Virus record (IMG/VR): IMGVR_UViG_2924263452_000001
Coordinates: 1-64,000 of that record
Length of the DNA stretch: 64,000 nt
Source: a virus
Lineage: Duplodnaviria > Caudoviricetes
Direction: 5' to 3' (one strand)
Shown: in pieces, positions 50,999 through 61,865 of the stretch
Numbering within the stretch: the first letter of the stretch is position 1
Layout: each line of letters opens with the position of its first letter
Program-made: the position numbers and the translations under genes
The notes under the pieces: model-generated
What the model was told of the DNA's origin: nothing
What the model saw: the letters and a program-made list of their open reading frames with translations, nothing else
Databases searched by the model: none

Positions 50999-52993
50999 TT
51001 ATCCTTTATTTCGTTTATCTAATAGTTTTAAAAATTCTTCCTCTGTAATAATAGGTACATCATTTTTCTTTGCATCTTTATTTTTACTGGAAGAACTTTC
51101 TACATCATTATTTATAAGATATGATGTTTTCTTTGAAACACTTCCTGCTACTTTGCCACCCAAAGACTCAATTTTCTTCTGAATCTCTTTTCTACTTGCA
51201 AAAATGTGAACATTTCCAGTGATGGCAAAAATCATATCTTTAAAAATTTGTGGTTCGTCTGATACCTGTTGCACCTGAAATTTCATAAGAGATACAAGTT
51301 CTTTATATATGTCATTGGCAAAGAACACTTCTTTGAAATACTTGTGAATACTCTTATTAATCTCAACGCCAAACGTTTCAAGCTGTGTAAAATCAAATCC
51401 GGAAATAACTGCTGCCTCAAATTTGTTCCAATCGCCGTTAAACTCTCTGCTGATTATTTTTGCCTTGCTGAGTGCCACATTCGGAATGCCTAATGCAGCA
51501 ATGAAATTTTCCAGCTTTACATTTTTACTTTTTTCAATGGACGAAAGGAGTTTGTCGAATGATTTTTCGCCCATTCCTTCAAATTCCACAATCTCAACCC
51601 TATGCAAATCCAGATTGTAAATGTCAAGTGGATTACTGATAATCCCGGCATCAACCAATTTCTCAATCTTTTTGTCTGAAAGCCCATCAATATTCATGCC
51701 ATCTTTTGAAGCAAAATATGATAACCCTCTGATGCTCTGAGCCGGGCAATTTGGATTTTTGCAATAGATGTTTATTGTTTCTCCATCCCCTGCAAATGTA
51801 GTTATTCCACCACACACCGGACAAGCTCTCGGAATCTCAAATTCATAAGATGTGCCGCCTGTACACTTGATAATCTGAGGGATAATTTCGTTTGATTTAA
51901 CCACTGTAACTGTTGCATACGGTCTGATTTTTAATTTCTGCATAGTGTTAATATTATGCAATGATGCTTTTGAGACTGTAGTGTTATCCAATATGACTGG
52001 TTTAAAGACTGCCACTGGCGTTATCTTTCCGGTTCTACCAACTTGCCACTCGATATTGGTTATCGTGGTTTCTTCCTCTTCTTCTTTGAATTTCAATGCT
52101 AATCCATTGCGATAATGATGCCCTGTCTTTCCAAGACTTTTTCCATAAGCAATGTCATCGTACATAATAACGACTCCATCAATCGGAGTTTTTGTTTCCT
52201 CTGCAATATCAACCAGCTCATTCACAAAATTGTTAAATACCACAAAATCATGTTGCGCCACATCGTATTCAAAGAAGGTGCAAATATCAAATCCAAGATT
52301 GTTTACTGCATACAATCTGCCAGAAAGTGAATTGATTTCATCAAATCCCTCCAACACATTAAATGCATAAAAGCACACTTTTCTCTTTGAGCATATTTCA
52401 GAATTTAACTGCTGTACTGATCCACCAGCAAGATTTCGTGGTGTTTTGTATCTATCTTCTTCCGGTAGTTTTTCATTTATCTTTTCAAAATCGTCTCTGT
52501 GAATAATTCCTTCACCCGTAACCTTCAGATGACCTTTATACGGGATTTTCTGTGGAATATTCATAAAGGTTCTGGCATTATCCGTAATAAGACTTCCCTC
52601 TTCGCCATTTCCTCTTGTACTAGCAGAAACAAGTTCCCCATTTTTATAAATCAGGCAAATAGTAAGACCGTCCAATTTATGCATTAAAAGAGCTTTTCTA
52701 CCTTTTGCAAAATTCGCTGCAACCGTTCTATCTTTCGTCTTGTCAAGGCTCAACAACGGATAACTATGCTTAAATTTAGGTAACTCTGAATTGACAACAT
52801 ATCCAACTGTGTAATTTGGACTGTTGGCACAGTGAAAATCTGCTTTATCTTCAAGATTTTTTAATTCATCCATCATAGAATCATATGTAGAATCATCTAC
52901 CGACGGTCGAGATTCGTTATAATACTCATCACGATATTTATTCAGAATTTTAGTAAGATGTTTAATTCTTGTAATCTGGTCATTAGTATCCAT
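50999..52993 (-). CDS. ligA: NAD-dependent DNA ligase
   Basis: KLDG, TRGNG, PRN, GRTG, zinc finger, BRCT. Confidence 0.96.
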   Translation of the reverse strand: MDTNDQITRIKHLTKILNKYRDEYYNESRPSVDDSTYDSMMDELKNLEDKADFHCANSPNYTVGYVVNSELPKFKHSYPLLSLDKTKDRTVAANFAKGRKALLMHKLDGLTICLIYKNGELVSASTRGNGEEGSLITDNARTFMNIPQKIPYKGHLKVTGEGIIHRDDFEKINEKLPEEDRYKTPRNLAGGSVQQLNSEICSKRKVCFYAFNVLEGFDEINSLSGRLYAVNNLGFDICTFFEYDVAQHDFVVFNNFVNELVDIAEETKTPIDGVVIMYDDIAYGKSLGKTGHHYRNGLALKFKEEEEETTITNIEWQVGRTGKITPVAVFKPVILDNTTVSKASLHNINTMQKLKIRPYATVTVVKSNEIIPQIIKCTGGTSYEFEIPRACPVCGGITTFAGDGETINIYCKNPNCPAQSIRGLSYFASKDGMNIDGLSDKKIEKLVDAGIISNPLDIYNLDLHRVEIVEFEGMGEKSFDKLLSSIEKSKNVKLENFIAALGIPNVALSKAKIISREFNGDWNKFEAAVISGFDFTQLETFGVEINKSIHKYFKEVFFANDIYKELVSLMKFQVQQVSDEPQIFKDMIFAITGNVHIFASRKEIQKKIESLGGKVAGSVSKKTSYLINNDVESSSSKNKDAKKNDVPIITEEEFLKLLDKRNKG

Positions 52994-53027
52994 TACTGTT
53001 TTATCCTTTCATTTATTTCGTACAACA

Positions 53028-53051
53028 ATAGGGGGAATCAAATCCCCCTAT
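53028..53051. terminator. Terminator-like hairpin
   Basis: ATAGGGGGA-ATCAAA-TCCCCCTAT. Confidence 0.55.
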
Positions 53052-53055
53052 CTGT

Positions 53056-53592
53056 TTATTTAATCAGATTTCGGAGATAATACTGCATAACACCATAAAT
53101 AAAAATTGGACTGTATGCGTTATCTGGCATAAACACAATTTCAAGATTGTACTTATGATTGAAGCTGTGAATACTTCCAAGATAACTTTTCTTATTGTAC
53201 TGTGTGTTATATCTACCGTTTACAATATCTTCATAATTGGCATTTTCTATAAGCAAATATTTTTTGTGAGCTTTAGCAACTGCCAGTTCTTCTTCAAAAT
53301 CTGCACGTTTCGTAGAAAGATTTCCGGACAATTCTTCTAAACTTGCCTTTCTCTCTACAAAAATATCGTCGTGGAAATAAGTATCACGGAATATCCCTAA
53401 TTTCTCGTTTTGTGGTACGAAAAAACTATAATCTCCGTTCTTTAATGCTTTTTTCTTGTATGGTATGTCATGTTTATCAAAGTAACCTGTAATATGATCG
53501 TTTACCTTTTCCCTTGTATCTACCAATATAACAATAGAATCCAGCAATTCTTTTTCCTCGGAATCTGTGTATTTATATTTTCCAAATAACAT
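53056..53592 (-). CDS. ERCC4-domain nuclease
   Basis: VDTRE, GDY, VERK. Confidence 0.88.
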   Translation of the reverse strand: MLFGKYKYTDSEEKELLDSIVILVDTREKVNDHITGYFDKHDIPYKKKALKNGDYSFFVPQNEKLGIFRDTYFHDDIFVERKASLEELSGNLSTKRADFEEELAVAKAHKKYLLIENANYEDIVNGRYNTQYNKKSYLGSIHSFNHKYNLEIVFMPDNAYSPIFIYGVMQYYLRNLIK

Positions 53593-56500
53593 TATTTTCT
53601 TCCTATAACTTCATATTTGGTAAGCCACCAGTCAAACTCGTTTTCTACTGGAACAAATTTTCCTTCTGATGACATTTTCACCCTTGCTTTTTTCTTCTGG
53701 TCGTTTACTCTAACTACATCTCCTACTTGAAGTGGATTCTTATTAAAATCCTTTTTCGAAATTTTTACCGTTATGGTATTTCCATTGGCAAGTGCATAAA
53801 CCTTCAGTTTTGGTGTATATTTTGTTTCAACGTCCATTACAACAACATATCCTTTGTAATCTTGACTTACAATGTCAACATATCCCAAATCGTTGATCTG
53901 ATATCCTACCTTATCTACGAAAGTTGTCTTTTCATATGGCATTACTGCAACAAAATCGTGCAATAATCCATTCATATCAACTTTTGTAAATGTCTTTTCA
54001 CTTTCTTTTTCAGCGTTTTTTCTTACCAATTCAAGTGGAATACCAAGCTTTTCAGCTTTTTCTTTTTTCATCTGCTTTTTGCCAAAAAGTTCATTGAAAA
54101 AATCATACTGTTTTAATAAACATTTAGCTTCGCCAAACTCTCCAAAAAATCCAAGTTCTATCAAAATCTTCATTTGCTTTGAGTTTACCGGAAGCTTTTT
54201 TTCTTCTATAACAGCCAACAGATGAATAAAATCTTTAAACTGCATATCTTTAATTGACTGAAACGCATCCGCAACTTTGCTATTCAAATATTTAATAGAG
54301 GCAATTCCTTTATAAATTACATTTTTTTCTTTATCAAAAGTATAGTTACTTGTAGAGTGTCGAAATTTAATTCCTTCAACTTTTATTCCTTTTTTTCTGG
54401 TATAGTTTGTAATATTTAAGGTTTTTTCTTCTTTTCCCTCAAAAATATTTAACGCAGCAGTTAAAAATTCCAATGGATAATAGTGCCTTAAATATCCACA
54501 TATATATCCAATACAAGAGTACGCGTCTGAATGATTCCAGGAAAATGCGTATCTTGTTGCATCTAAAATACCCTGTTTAATAGGTGGGAATATTTCTTCT
54601 AATACTTCTACTGATGTCCCATATGTTTCATTGGAATAGCTTATAAACCTATCGTGAATTTCATCAATGAATTTCTCAGTGCCATATTTCTTTGCAATTC
54701 CACGTCGGACTGTATCTGATTCTGCATCAGAATATCCACAAAATTTTACTAGGAATCTCATGATATCTTCCTGCATGGTTATTCGTCCGGAAGTAACCGA
54801 AAGGAATTTATCCAATTCATTAAATCCCGTAATCATAATATTTCCGTCTGCAACATCATCACGGAAACTTGCACATCCAGGACGTAAAAGACCATTTCCA
54901 AACGAAAACCACTTGATATATGAGAAATCTTTGTTATGCGCTTTGGCAATAGCAATTGTTTCGTCTGACATAAATCTTTTCAAATAAGATTGTGCGGATG
55001 TGCTCTCCCACTGGAATATAAGTGTTGTGTCGTCTCGTATGTCTTTCCAAACTTCTTCATCATCCAGATCAACATTGTCAGGAGTCATTCTCTCAATTCC
55101 TGCAAGTTTGCATGTTTCGTTAATAACACCAATGTTGTCCAAACCAAGGATATCTAGTTTAACGTACATCAGTGCATCAAGTTCTTTCATATTAAGCATT
55201 GACACTGGATAATCAGAAGTTGCAAGGCTACACATTCCAACTTCTTCTTCAATATCCAAATCACTTACCAATACACCGGATGGATGAGATCCAATAGAAA
55301 CTATTGTTCCATTTACAATATCAACATATTTGAATAATTCTGGATATCTCTTTCTGAAAGCATCATCAATAACCCATTTGTTATTTTCGTCAAGATATAC
55401 AGCTTCAGAGATTGCAGATGTTTCAACAATAGACATTCTCAAAGCTCGTCCCACATCTTTTATCGCGCCTTTTAATGCAATAGTATTAAATGTAATAATC
55501 TCACTTGCTCTTATGTTCGGAAGATCCATATGATCCCTAAGAATGAATTGTTTAATAATATCTCTGTCTTTTGAGGAATAATCTGTATCTATATCGGCAT
55601 TTGTTACTCGACTTGGATTCATAAATCGGAAGAAGTTTAACCCAAATTTCTTACTATCCATCTGAGTAATACCAAGAATATACGCTACTTCACTTCCTGA
55701 AACAGATCCTCTTCCATATCCACAAAAAATACCATGTTTTCTTTCCCATTCTCTAAGATATGTTTGTAAAAGCATAAAATCTATTGACTTTGTTGTATCA
55801 TATACGCTTACTTCTTCTCTTATGGTGGGATTTATTTCTTCTGGCTTATACCTTTTTCTTACATACGGATGATGTTTATACGCTTCATTTATTTTGTTTT
55901 TGTATGTTTCTAAAGGATGGTCATAGATTTTTGGATATTTGGTATTCTTATCAAGTGTAAACTCTTCAATTCTATCTGCCATGCGGCAAGTCTCAGCAAT
56001 CGCTTCTCGCCAAACCTCTTCTGGTAAAGAATTTTGTATTTCATAGGCTTTACACAATTCAAGATAAGATTTGAATGTCAAATCCCAGGCATCTTCCTCT
56101 GCAAAATGTACGCCCTTGCTCAACTGAAGAATTTTACGTCCTGCCATATGTGACTCATTAAGTGCGTGTGTATCAGTCCCGGCAATTAACGGAATCTTAT
56201 ATTTTTTGCTAAGTTCATATAACTTCCTGTTGTATTGTATCTGATCTTCTACGTTATGGTGCTGAATTTCAAGATAACATCTATCCCTATTTTCTATGAA
56301 AAATTTTAGAAATCTATTTTTTACTTCGTCAGTTCCTTTATTTAGCGCACCTCCAAGACAAGCAGAGGTAATAATAATGTTGTCGGAAGTATTGAATAGA
56401 TCGTCCATGTAAATTCGTGGTGCATAGTAAAAATGACTATCATTTCTGCAAAAAGATTGTGATGTTAATTTATTTATTTCACGAACACCATCGAGATTTT

Positions 56501-56981
56501 TAGCAATTAAAACACAGTGATAATTGTCTCTGGTTTTAATAACTTTTTCTTCTTTAATGGTTATTGTTTCAGGATCAATTAAAACTTCTTTCCCGTCAAC
56601 ACTTTCTGCAATATATGCCCCATCTTCACGCTTCCAGTATTTTTCAAAAGTAATTTTTACTTCTTTTTTTGTTTTAACAGATGAGAGCAAATCGACTGCG
56701 GTATATGTTGTTTTTGTCTTTCTATTGGTTGTATTATTATCTTCTGTGATATATGCTTCTATTGCATGTATATATTTCATTCCGGCAGCTTCAATAGCTT
56801 CTTTTTTGTGATACCATTCAAATACTGATCCATGTTCACTAAATGCCATTGCTTTCATGCCAAATTCTTTTGCTTTTTCAATATACTCTTTGAACTTGGT
56901 AACGCTATCTACATTTGTGACACCATTTGAAAGGTCACTATGAAGATGATATACAACATAATTCAAATCAATTTGTGACAA
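53592..56981 (-). CDS. dnaE: DNA polymerase III alpha subunit (phage)
   Basis: PHP domain (HLHS, DTH), GRGS, DIDTD, HPSG, KLDILGL. Confidence 0.95.
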   Translation of the reverse strand: MSQIDLNYVVYHLHSDLSNGVTNVDSVTKFKEYIEKAKEFGMKAMAFSEHGSVFEWYHKKEAIEAAGMKYIHAIEAYITEDNNTTNRKTKTTYTAVDLLSSVKTKKEVKITFEKYWKREDGAYIAESVDGKEVLIDPETITIKEEKVIKTRDNYHCVLIAKNLDGVREINKLTSQSFCRNDSHFYYAPRIYMDDLFNTSDNIIITSACLGGALNKGTDEVKNRFLKFFIENRDRCYLEIQHHNVEDQIQYNRKLYELSKKYKIPLIAGTDTHALNESHMAGRKILQLSKGVHFAEEDAWDLTFKSYLELCKAYEIQNSLPEEVWREAIAETCRMADRIEEFTLDKNTKYPKIYDHPLETYKNKINEAYKHHPYVRKRYKPEEINPTIREEVSVYDTTKSIDFMLLQTYLREWERKHGIFCGYGRGSVSGSEVAYILGITQMDSKKFGLNFFRFMNPSRVTNADIDTDYSSKDRDIIKQFILRDHMDLPNIRASEIITFNTIALKGAIKDVGRALRMSIVETSAISEAVYLDENNKWVIDDAFRKRYPELFKYVDIVNGTIVSIGSHPSGVLVSDLDIEEEVGMCSLATSDYPVSMLNMKELDALMYVKLDILGLDNIGVINETCKLAGIERMTPDNVDLDDEEVWKDIRDDTTLIFQWESTSAQSYLKRFMSDETIAIAKAHNKDFSYIKWFSFGNGLLRPGCASFRDDVADGNIMITGFNELDKFLSVTSGRITMQEDIMRFLVKFCGYSDAESDTVRRGIAKKYGTEKFIDEIHDRFISYSNETYGTSVEVLEEIFPPIKQGILDATRYAFSWNHSDAYSCIGYICGYLRHYYPLEFLTAALNIFEGKEEKTLNITNYTRKKGIKVEGIKFRHSTSNYTFDKEKNVIYKGIASIKYLNSKVADAFQSIKDMQFKDFIHLLAVIEEKKLPVNSKQMKILIELGFFGEFGEAKCLLKQYDFFNELFGKKQMKKEKAEKLGIPLELVRKNAEKESEKTFTKVDMNGLLHDFVAVMPYEKTTFVDKVGYQINDLGYVDIVSQDYKGYVVVMDVETKYTPKLKVYALANGNTITVKISKKDFNKNPLQVGDVVRVNDQKKKARVKMSSEGKFVPVENEFDWWLTKYEVIGRK

Positions 56982-56992
56982 ATCAGCACCTC

Positions 56993-57781
56993 CTAATAGT
57001 TCTTATATTCACAATAGGAGTTTCTATATCTGCAGAGATTGTGACAGTAGTAAAAATCTACGTTTGGATTAAAATTCTCTTCTTCGTTTATTTCTGCTAT
57101 CGTACTTAAAGCCCAGTTCTGTGCTTCGTCATAATCTTCCTTATCAAAGTCAAGAAACAACCATTTCCTATTCTTAAAGTAATTCCATCCAACCTTTTCC
57201 GGGTAAACTCCGTATTCGTTGTATACTTGAATTGCATATAAATATAGCTGCCGCTTATATGATTTGAATTTCTTTTCTTCTGACTTTAAAACCTGTCCTC
57301 TTTTGCCTAGCGGATATTCTGAAGATTTATGATCTAGTATTATAATTCCGCCTGTCTTTTTATCTCTGAGAAGTAAATCTATGTAACCGACAAATGGTTT
57401 ACCACCAACCGTAAAATTACATTTCTTTTCAATTCCCAGGATTTCATATTTTTCAAGATCAAGATCAATGTTTTCAAAATACTCAACCGCTTTATCTCTA
57501 TAATTCTTCCGGATATCTGCAGTCTTGTGATATACCATTGATGGAACTTCTTCATCATAATGAGCGTCAAAATAATCAGCCAGCTCAAAAAGACTAAGTT
57601 CACCTTTGGCATATTTCTCTAATATGGTGTGGCAAAACTTTCCAAATTCTGCATAAAAATTATTTTGTCCTACTGCCGATTCGATATATTGCAAGTACCA
57701 TTCATACTTACATTGACAAAATGAATTTATGCGGCTAAAAGACCACTCCATAGAATCTATCAGAAATGAATACTCTGACAT
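56993..57781 (-). CDS. PD-(D/E)XK (Cas4/RecB-like) nuclease
   Basis: GYIDLL, DHKS, QLYLY, C-terminal Cys cluster. Confidence 0.85.
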   Translation of the reverse strand: MSEYSFLIDSMEWSFSRINSFCQCKYEWYLQYIESAVGQNNFYAEFGKFCHTILEKYAKGELSLFELADYFDAHYDEEVPSMVYHKTADIRKNYRDKAVEYFENIDLDLEKYEILGIEKKCNFTVGGKPFVGYIDLLLRDKKTGGIIILDHKSSEYPLGKRGQVLKSEEKKFKSYKRQLYLYAIQVYNEYGVYPEKVGWNYFKNRKWLFLDFDKEDYDEAQNWALSTIAEINEEENFNPNVDFYYCHNLCRYRNSYCEYKNY

Positions 57782-57791
57782 TTTTCACCTC

Positions 57792-58796
57792 TTAAATTTT
57801 AATTCTCTGTTTATAAAGTTCTTCCCAGATTTCTTTTCCTTTGTCTACCGGACTATTTTTTTCAGTTTTACCACCTAATAATCCATTGCTGTCATATACA
57901 ACATATACATTTGTAAAGTGGCAGAGAAGTTGTATAGTATCTTTCTTTTTAATTTCTTCAAGCGAAACATCGCTATCGAATGCAATAACAACATCACAAT
58001 GAAGCTGCACTAACTCTCTGACCTGAAAAATATTAATCTGGCTTGTCTCAGAAGATATTGAATTATAGATACCGAAACTATCCAATTTCATAACTGACTT
58101 CAGTGATTCAAATATAATTACTTCTTTACTTCTATCAAGAATCTTTTTTTTGAAACAGAATGCTTGGAAGTAATCTAAATCTCCAACAGGATAATAATTC
58201 ATATATTTCGGTATATTATAATCTTTATAATTATCAAAAAGAGTTCTGCCCTTCACATTGATTAAATTCCCGGAATTATCAAATACTGGATATACAATTC
58301 TGTTTGATTCTTTATCATACATTACCATGTAATAATCCATTATTGATTGCGGTATTCCTTCTTCGATCCATTTTGTTATTTTTCGTCGCTCGAAATCAGA
58401 CAGAACACTTTTATCAAGTATCTTATGTGGCTCTGGGATTTGTTTATTTTTTCTTTTTCTGGTTGATTTTCTCAGATAGCGCACAGTGGGAGAAATTTTT
58501 GTTTTTACAGTGCTTATTCCAGCTTCACTACCAAGATAATTAATAGCCTGCTCATAAGTCATATTTAAGTAGTCTTGGCAAAAATCAATAATATCTCCAC
58601 CCTTTTTGCAACCAAAGCAATAGTAGACACCTTTATGCGGCGTTACTGAAAATGATCCCGTTCTTTCATCATGAAACGGACAATTTCCAAAATATTCTCT
58701 ACCTTTCTTTTTAAGTTCAACGTATTCTCCGATGAAATCAACTATATCTATACTTTCTTTGATTTTCTCAATAAGTTCTTCGCTGTACTCTTCCAT
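57792..58796 (-). CDS. dnaG: DNA primase (CHC2 zinc finger plus Toprim)
   Basis: CPFH..CFGC, FDSD. Confidence 0.88.
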   Translation of the reverse strand: MEEYSEELIEKIKESIDIVDFIGEYVELKKKGREYFGNCPFHDERTGSFSVTPHKGVYYCFGCKKGGDIIDFCQDYLNMTYEQAINYLGSEAGISTVKTKISPTVRYLRKSTRKRKNKQIPEPHKILDKSVLSDFERRKITKWIEEGIPQSIMDYYMVMYDKESNRIVYPVFDNSGNLINVKGRTLFDNYKDYNIPKYMNYYPVGDLDYFQAFCFKKKILDRSKEVIIFESLKSVMKLDSFGIYNSISSETSQINIFQVRELVQLHCDVVIAFDSDVSLEEIKKKDTIQLLCHFTNVYVVYDSNGLLGGKTEKNSPVDKGKEIWEELYKQRIKI

Positions 58797-58807
58797 TTAG
58801 TTCACCT

Positions 58808-60151
58808 TTAAAATGGTTTCTCTTGCTCCGTATGCTGTTTCGCCTCTTCAATTCGCATGACTGATCCAGAAAATTTGAAATCAATATATTCGTCCTCAAA
58901 CATTCCCTCTCCCAATCTGTTTAGTTTTACATTAAGTGCATAATTTCCGCATTCTTTTCCATCGTTTGCAATTTCATCAGAAGTCTTTTTCCTCCACTTT
59001 GCACTTACACTCGCATATCTCTCCAACTTGTCTGAATCTGCAACTTCATCATTTCTATTAAGCTGCGCTCCAGCCAACACAGGAAGATCAAGTTCACCAG
59101 CAATTCTATTTTTCATAAAATCACATTTTGCTCCCAAATCATTGTATTGTGCTGAAGAATCTGATTCGGAACTTTTAAAATAATCATAAATTACAAATTG
59201 GAGATTCATACTATACTTTAAAGATTTGCAGATTAGATAGAGTTCTTCATTTGTAGAATTTGGAATAAAGATATGTACAAACGGTTTACCGGAAAGCCAA
59301 TCATTTGTTTCATCAATTATTTTTTCTTCCTCTGGTAACAAATTACCTTTTTTTATTTTATCCTGTGGTATACCAGTAAGATTTGCCATCATCCTGATAT
59401 AAAATAGTCTGTCGCTCATTTCCGTATCGAAGTATACAGTAGGAATATCTTTCTGTATTTTATCCATTGCCTCATTAAGCATATAGGAACTTTTTCCCAT
59501 CTTCATTCGTCCAGAAATCATCACCAGTTCACCACGTTCGTAGCAGAAATATTGTCCTACTTTATTGAATTTTGATGGAATACCGATAATACCATTTTCG
59601 TCACGCCTATCTTTAATCTCCTGATATATGTCTTTTGCTTTATCACCAAATCTCAACACATTTCTGTTGAATATATATTTGCTTGTTAATTTTTCAAGTT
59701 CTGTGTATACATCATTACTTAATTCATTCAATTCCATTGGAGTCTGAATTATCTTTTTCTTCATTCTATCAAACAGTTTGATAAGATCTCTTTTAAAAGA
59801 TAATGTAACAACTTGAGCAACAAGCAAGTTATATTCTTCTATGGTCGTTCTGGCAGCATCTTCACACATATCAAAGAAATCATCCATGTCTGGCATGTTG
59901 ACACTATCAATTTTCTTTTTTACTGCCGCATTCGATTGTAGCTTATTTGTAATATTAAAAGTATCAATAACTTTTACACCGGACTTAAATAATTCATCTA
60001 TAGCCCAGTATATGCAGCCATTTTCTTTGTGGTAAAAATATCCGGGCTTCAAGTAATCGCTCTGAAGTATAAATTCCGGGTGATGAACTAATGTCGCAAT
60101 CACACCAGCTTCCGCTTGGGTATCACATAATACATTTAATTCATCTGACAT
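58808..60151 (-). CDS. dnaB: DnaB-like replicative helicase
   Basis: GRMKMGKS, YDY, AQLNR. Confidence 0.9.
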   Translation of the reverse strand: MSDELNVLCDTQAEAGVIATLVHHPEFILQSDYLKPGYFYHKENGCIYWAIDELFKSGVKVIDTFNITNKLQSNAAVKKKIDSVNMPDMDDFFDMCEDAARTTIEEYNLLVAQVVTLSFKRDLIKLFDRMKKKIIQTPMELNELSNDVYTELEKLTSKYIFNRNVLRFGDKAKDIYQEIKDRRDENGIIGIPSKFNKVGQYFCYERGELVMISGRMKMGKSSYMLNEAMDKIQKDIPTVYFDTEMSDRLFYIRMMANLTGIPQDKIKKGNLLPEEEKIIDETNDWLSGKPFVHIFIPNSTNEELYLICKSLKYSMNLQFVIYDYFKSSESDSSAQYNDLGAKCDFMKNRIAGELDLPVLAGAQLNRNDEVADSDKLERYASVSAKWRKKTSDEIANDGKECGNYALNVKLNRLGEGMFEDEYIDFKFSGSVMRIEEAKQHTEQEKPF

Positions 60152-60702
60152 TATTTTCCTCCTTTTAAGATGCTACCAAATCCAATTGTATTTCCTTTTT
60201 GAGTGGTAGATTTAACTTGCACACTTACTGGCACACTTACTGGAGCAGAAGCAGTATTCTCTTCGTGTTTCATTTCTTCTTTTATTTCTTTTTGTATTCT
60301 CAATTCATTCTCTTTTTGATATGCTTTTTTAATTCTTGCGTTATCAATCAGATAATACATTCCTGGTGGATGTGTTAATGGAATTTTATTCGCAATAGCA
60401 AATTTAAGACAAAAACTTAAATATCTTCCGGCATTAAGATTTGATTCCCACTTTTCAATATTTGCATTTTCCAATTTTTCCCCAAATACAATTTCATTAA
60501 TAACTTTTCTTAAATATGCGATAGGGACAGATTTGCTAACATGTTGTATATAATCTTCTTCAATTTCTGCAATTAGTCCTTGAAGTTCATAGCAATCTTT
60601 ATGCCATCTTCTAGTATTAATTTTTACAGACTCAGGCTCATAGACAATTTTGTTTTTGTGGGCGCAATGTCCATAACCACATTTGAATTGTTTTGTACCC
60701 AT
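60151..60702 (-). CDS. Hypothetical replication-region protein
   Basis: Cys/His-rich N-terminus; coupled to the helicase. Confidence 0.6.
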   Translation of the reverse strand: MGTKQFKCGYGHCAHKNKIVYEPESVKINTRRWHKDCYELQGLIAEIEEDYIQHVSKSVPIAYLRKVINEIVFGEKLENANIEKWESNLNAGRYLSFCLKFAIANKIPLTHPPGMYYLIDNARIKKAYQKENELRIQKEIKEEMKHEENTASAPVSVPVSVQVKSTTQKGNTIGFGSILKGGK

Positions 60703-60759
60703 TGATTATTCCTCTTTCTATATAATAAAAAGGGAGAACATAAGCTCTCCCAAATTTCA

Positions 60760-61401
60760 TTAATCAGACTTCATATCTTTTTCAAGAAGATATGTTGCTT
60801 CCAAATCAGATTGATGTAGAGCCAATATTACCGGATATTTTTCAATTGCTGTTCCAAGAGTATTCCAGTTTTCCTTTGGCTCTGAAAAACCCATATGCCA
60901 TCTAATAGCATATCTCTCAAAAGGTTGCAATTTAATATACTCTTCGATCATCATGACCGATTTTTCTCCGTGTCCATAAGGAACACGATCATTTATTGTG
61001 TAATATTCGACTGCCGCCCAATCGAATCTTCCTTTTTCATCTCTCTTTGATCCAGTATCATTGTAGATTTTCTTATTCCTATAATCAATCTCATACATAT
61101 ATGTCTTACATACATCATGCAAAAGAGTAATTATTTTTCTGGAATCTTCCGGCATATCACCTAAAATGCCTTTAAATGGTTCTGACTTGCATTTATGCTC
61201 GAACATATGATATACATTTAAGCTATGTAATGCTAATCCACCAGGGAGTGAGCAATGGAATCTTGTGGAGGCTGGGGCTGTGAAAAAATCAGATTTTTCT
61301 AAAAATACCACAAGCTCCTTAATTCCATCTCTTTCAATTGAGCCAACCAGATCAAGAAAAAGTTTCTTATTTTCTTTAATATTTATTGTTGGTGCGTTCA
61401 T
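60760..61401 (-). CDS. HD domain hydrolase
   Basis: APASTRFH, GGLALHS, LLHDVCK, GHGEKS. Confidence 0.85.
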   Translation of the reverse strand: MNAPTINIKENKKLFLDLVGSIERDGIKELVVFLEKSDFFTAPASTRFHCSLPGGLALHSLNVYHMFEHKCKSEPFKGILGDMPEDSRKIITLLHDVCKTYMYEIDYRNKKIYNDTGSKRDEKGRFDWAAVEYYTINDRVPYGHGEKSVMMIEEYIKLQPFERYAIRWHMGFSEPKENWNTLGTAIEKYPVILALHQSDLEATYLLEKDMKSD

Positions 61402-61409
61402 ATTTTCTC

Positions 61410-61841
61410 CTAGTTAAATGGCAGCTCGTCATCTACTCCGTCCGGAATATTCATAAATCCGTCTTTTGATGGTACTGATTTAGCTGGTTTTGCTGTATTT
61501 CCCGCTGCTGGCGCATCGCCTTTTTTCTCACAAAATTCCTGTGTAGCAACAACAACGTCTGTTGTATATACTTTCTTTCCGTCTTTTCCATCGTAATTTC
61601 CTGTCTGGATTCTTCCAGTAACAGCAAACATCATACCCTGTTTCATGTATTTCTCTGCAAACTCAGCAGATTTTCCGAAAGCTACACATGAAATGAAATC
61701 TGCATCCTGCCCGCCATTATTGCTTTTAAATGGACGTGATACTGCAAGTGTATATCTCGCAACACCAGTAGGATTTTCTCCCTGGCTATAACGTACTTCC
61801 GGATCTCTCACTAATCTTCCTGTTAAACTAACGTTATTCAT
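61410..61841 (-). CDS. ssb: Single-stranded DNA-binding protein
   Basis: GRLVRDPE, DFISC, acidic tail DELPFN. Confidence 0.95.
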   Translation of the reverse strand: MNNVSLTGRLVRDPEVRYSQGENPTGVARYTLAVSRPFKSNNGGQDADFISCVAFGKSAEFAEKYMKQGMMFAVTGRIQTGNYDGKDGKKVYTTDVVVATQEFCEKKGDAPAAGNTAKPAKSVPSKDGFMNIPDGVDDELPFN

Positions 61842-61865
61842 TATTTCTTTCTCCTTATAAGATAA

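Noticed and set aside
56993-57781. CRISPR-Cas locus suggested by the Cas4-like nuclease
   Set aside because: No repeat-spacer array or other cas genes seen; the context is replication
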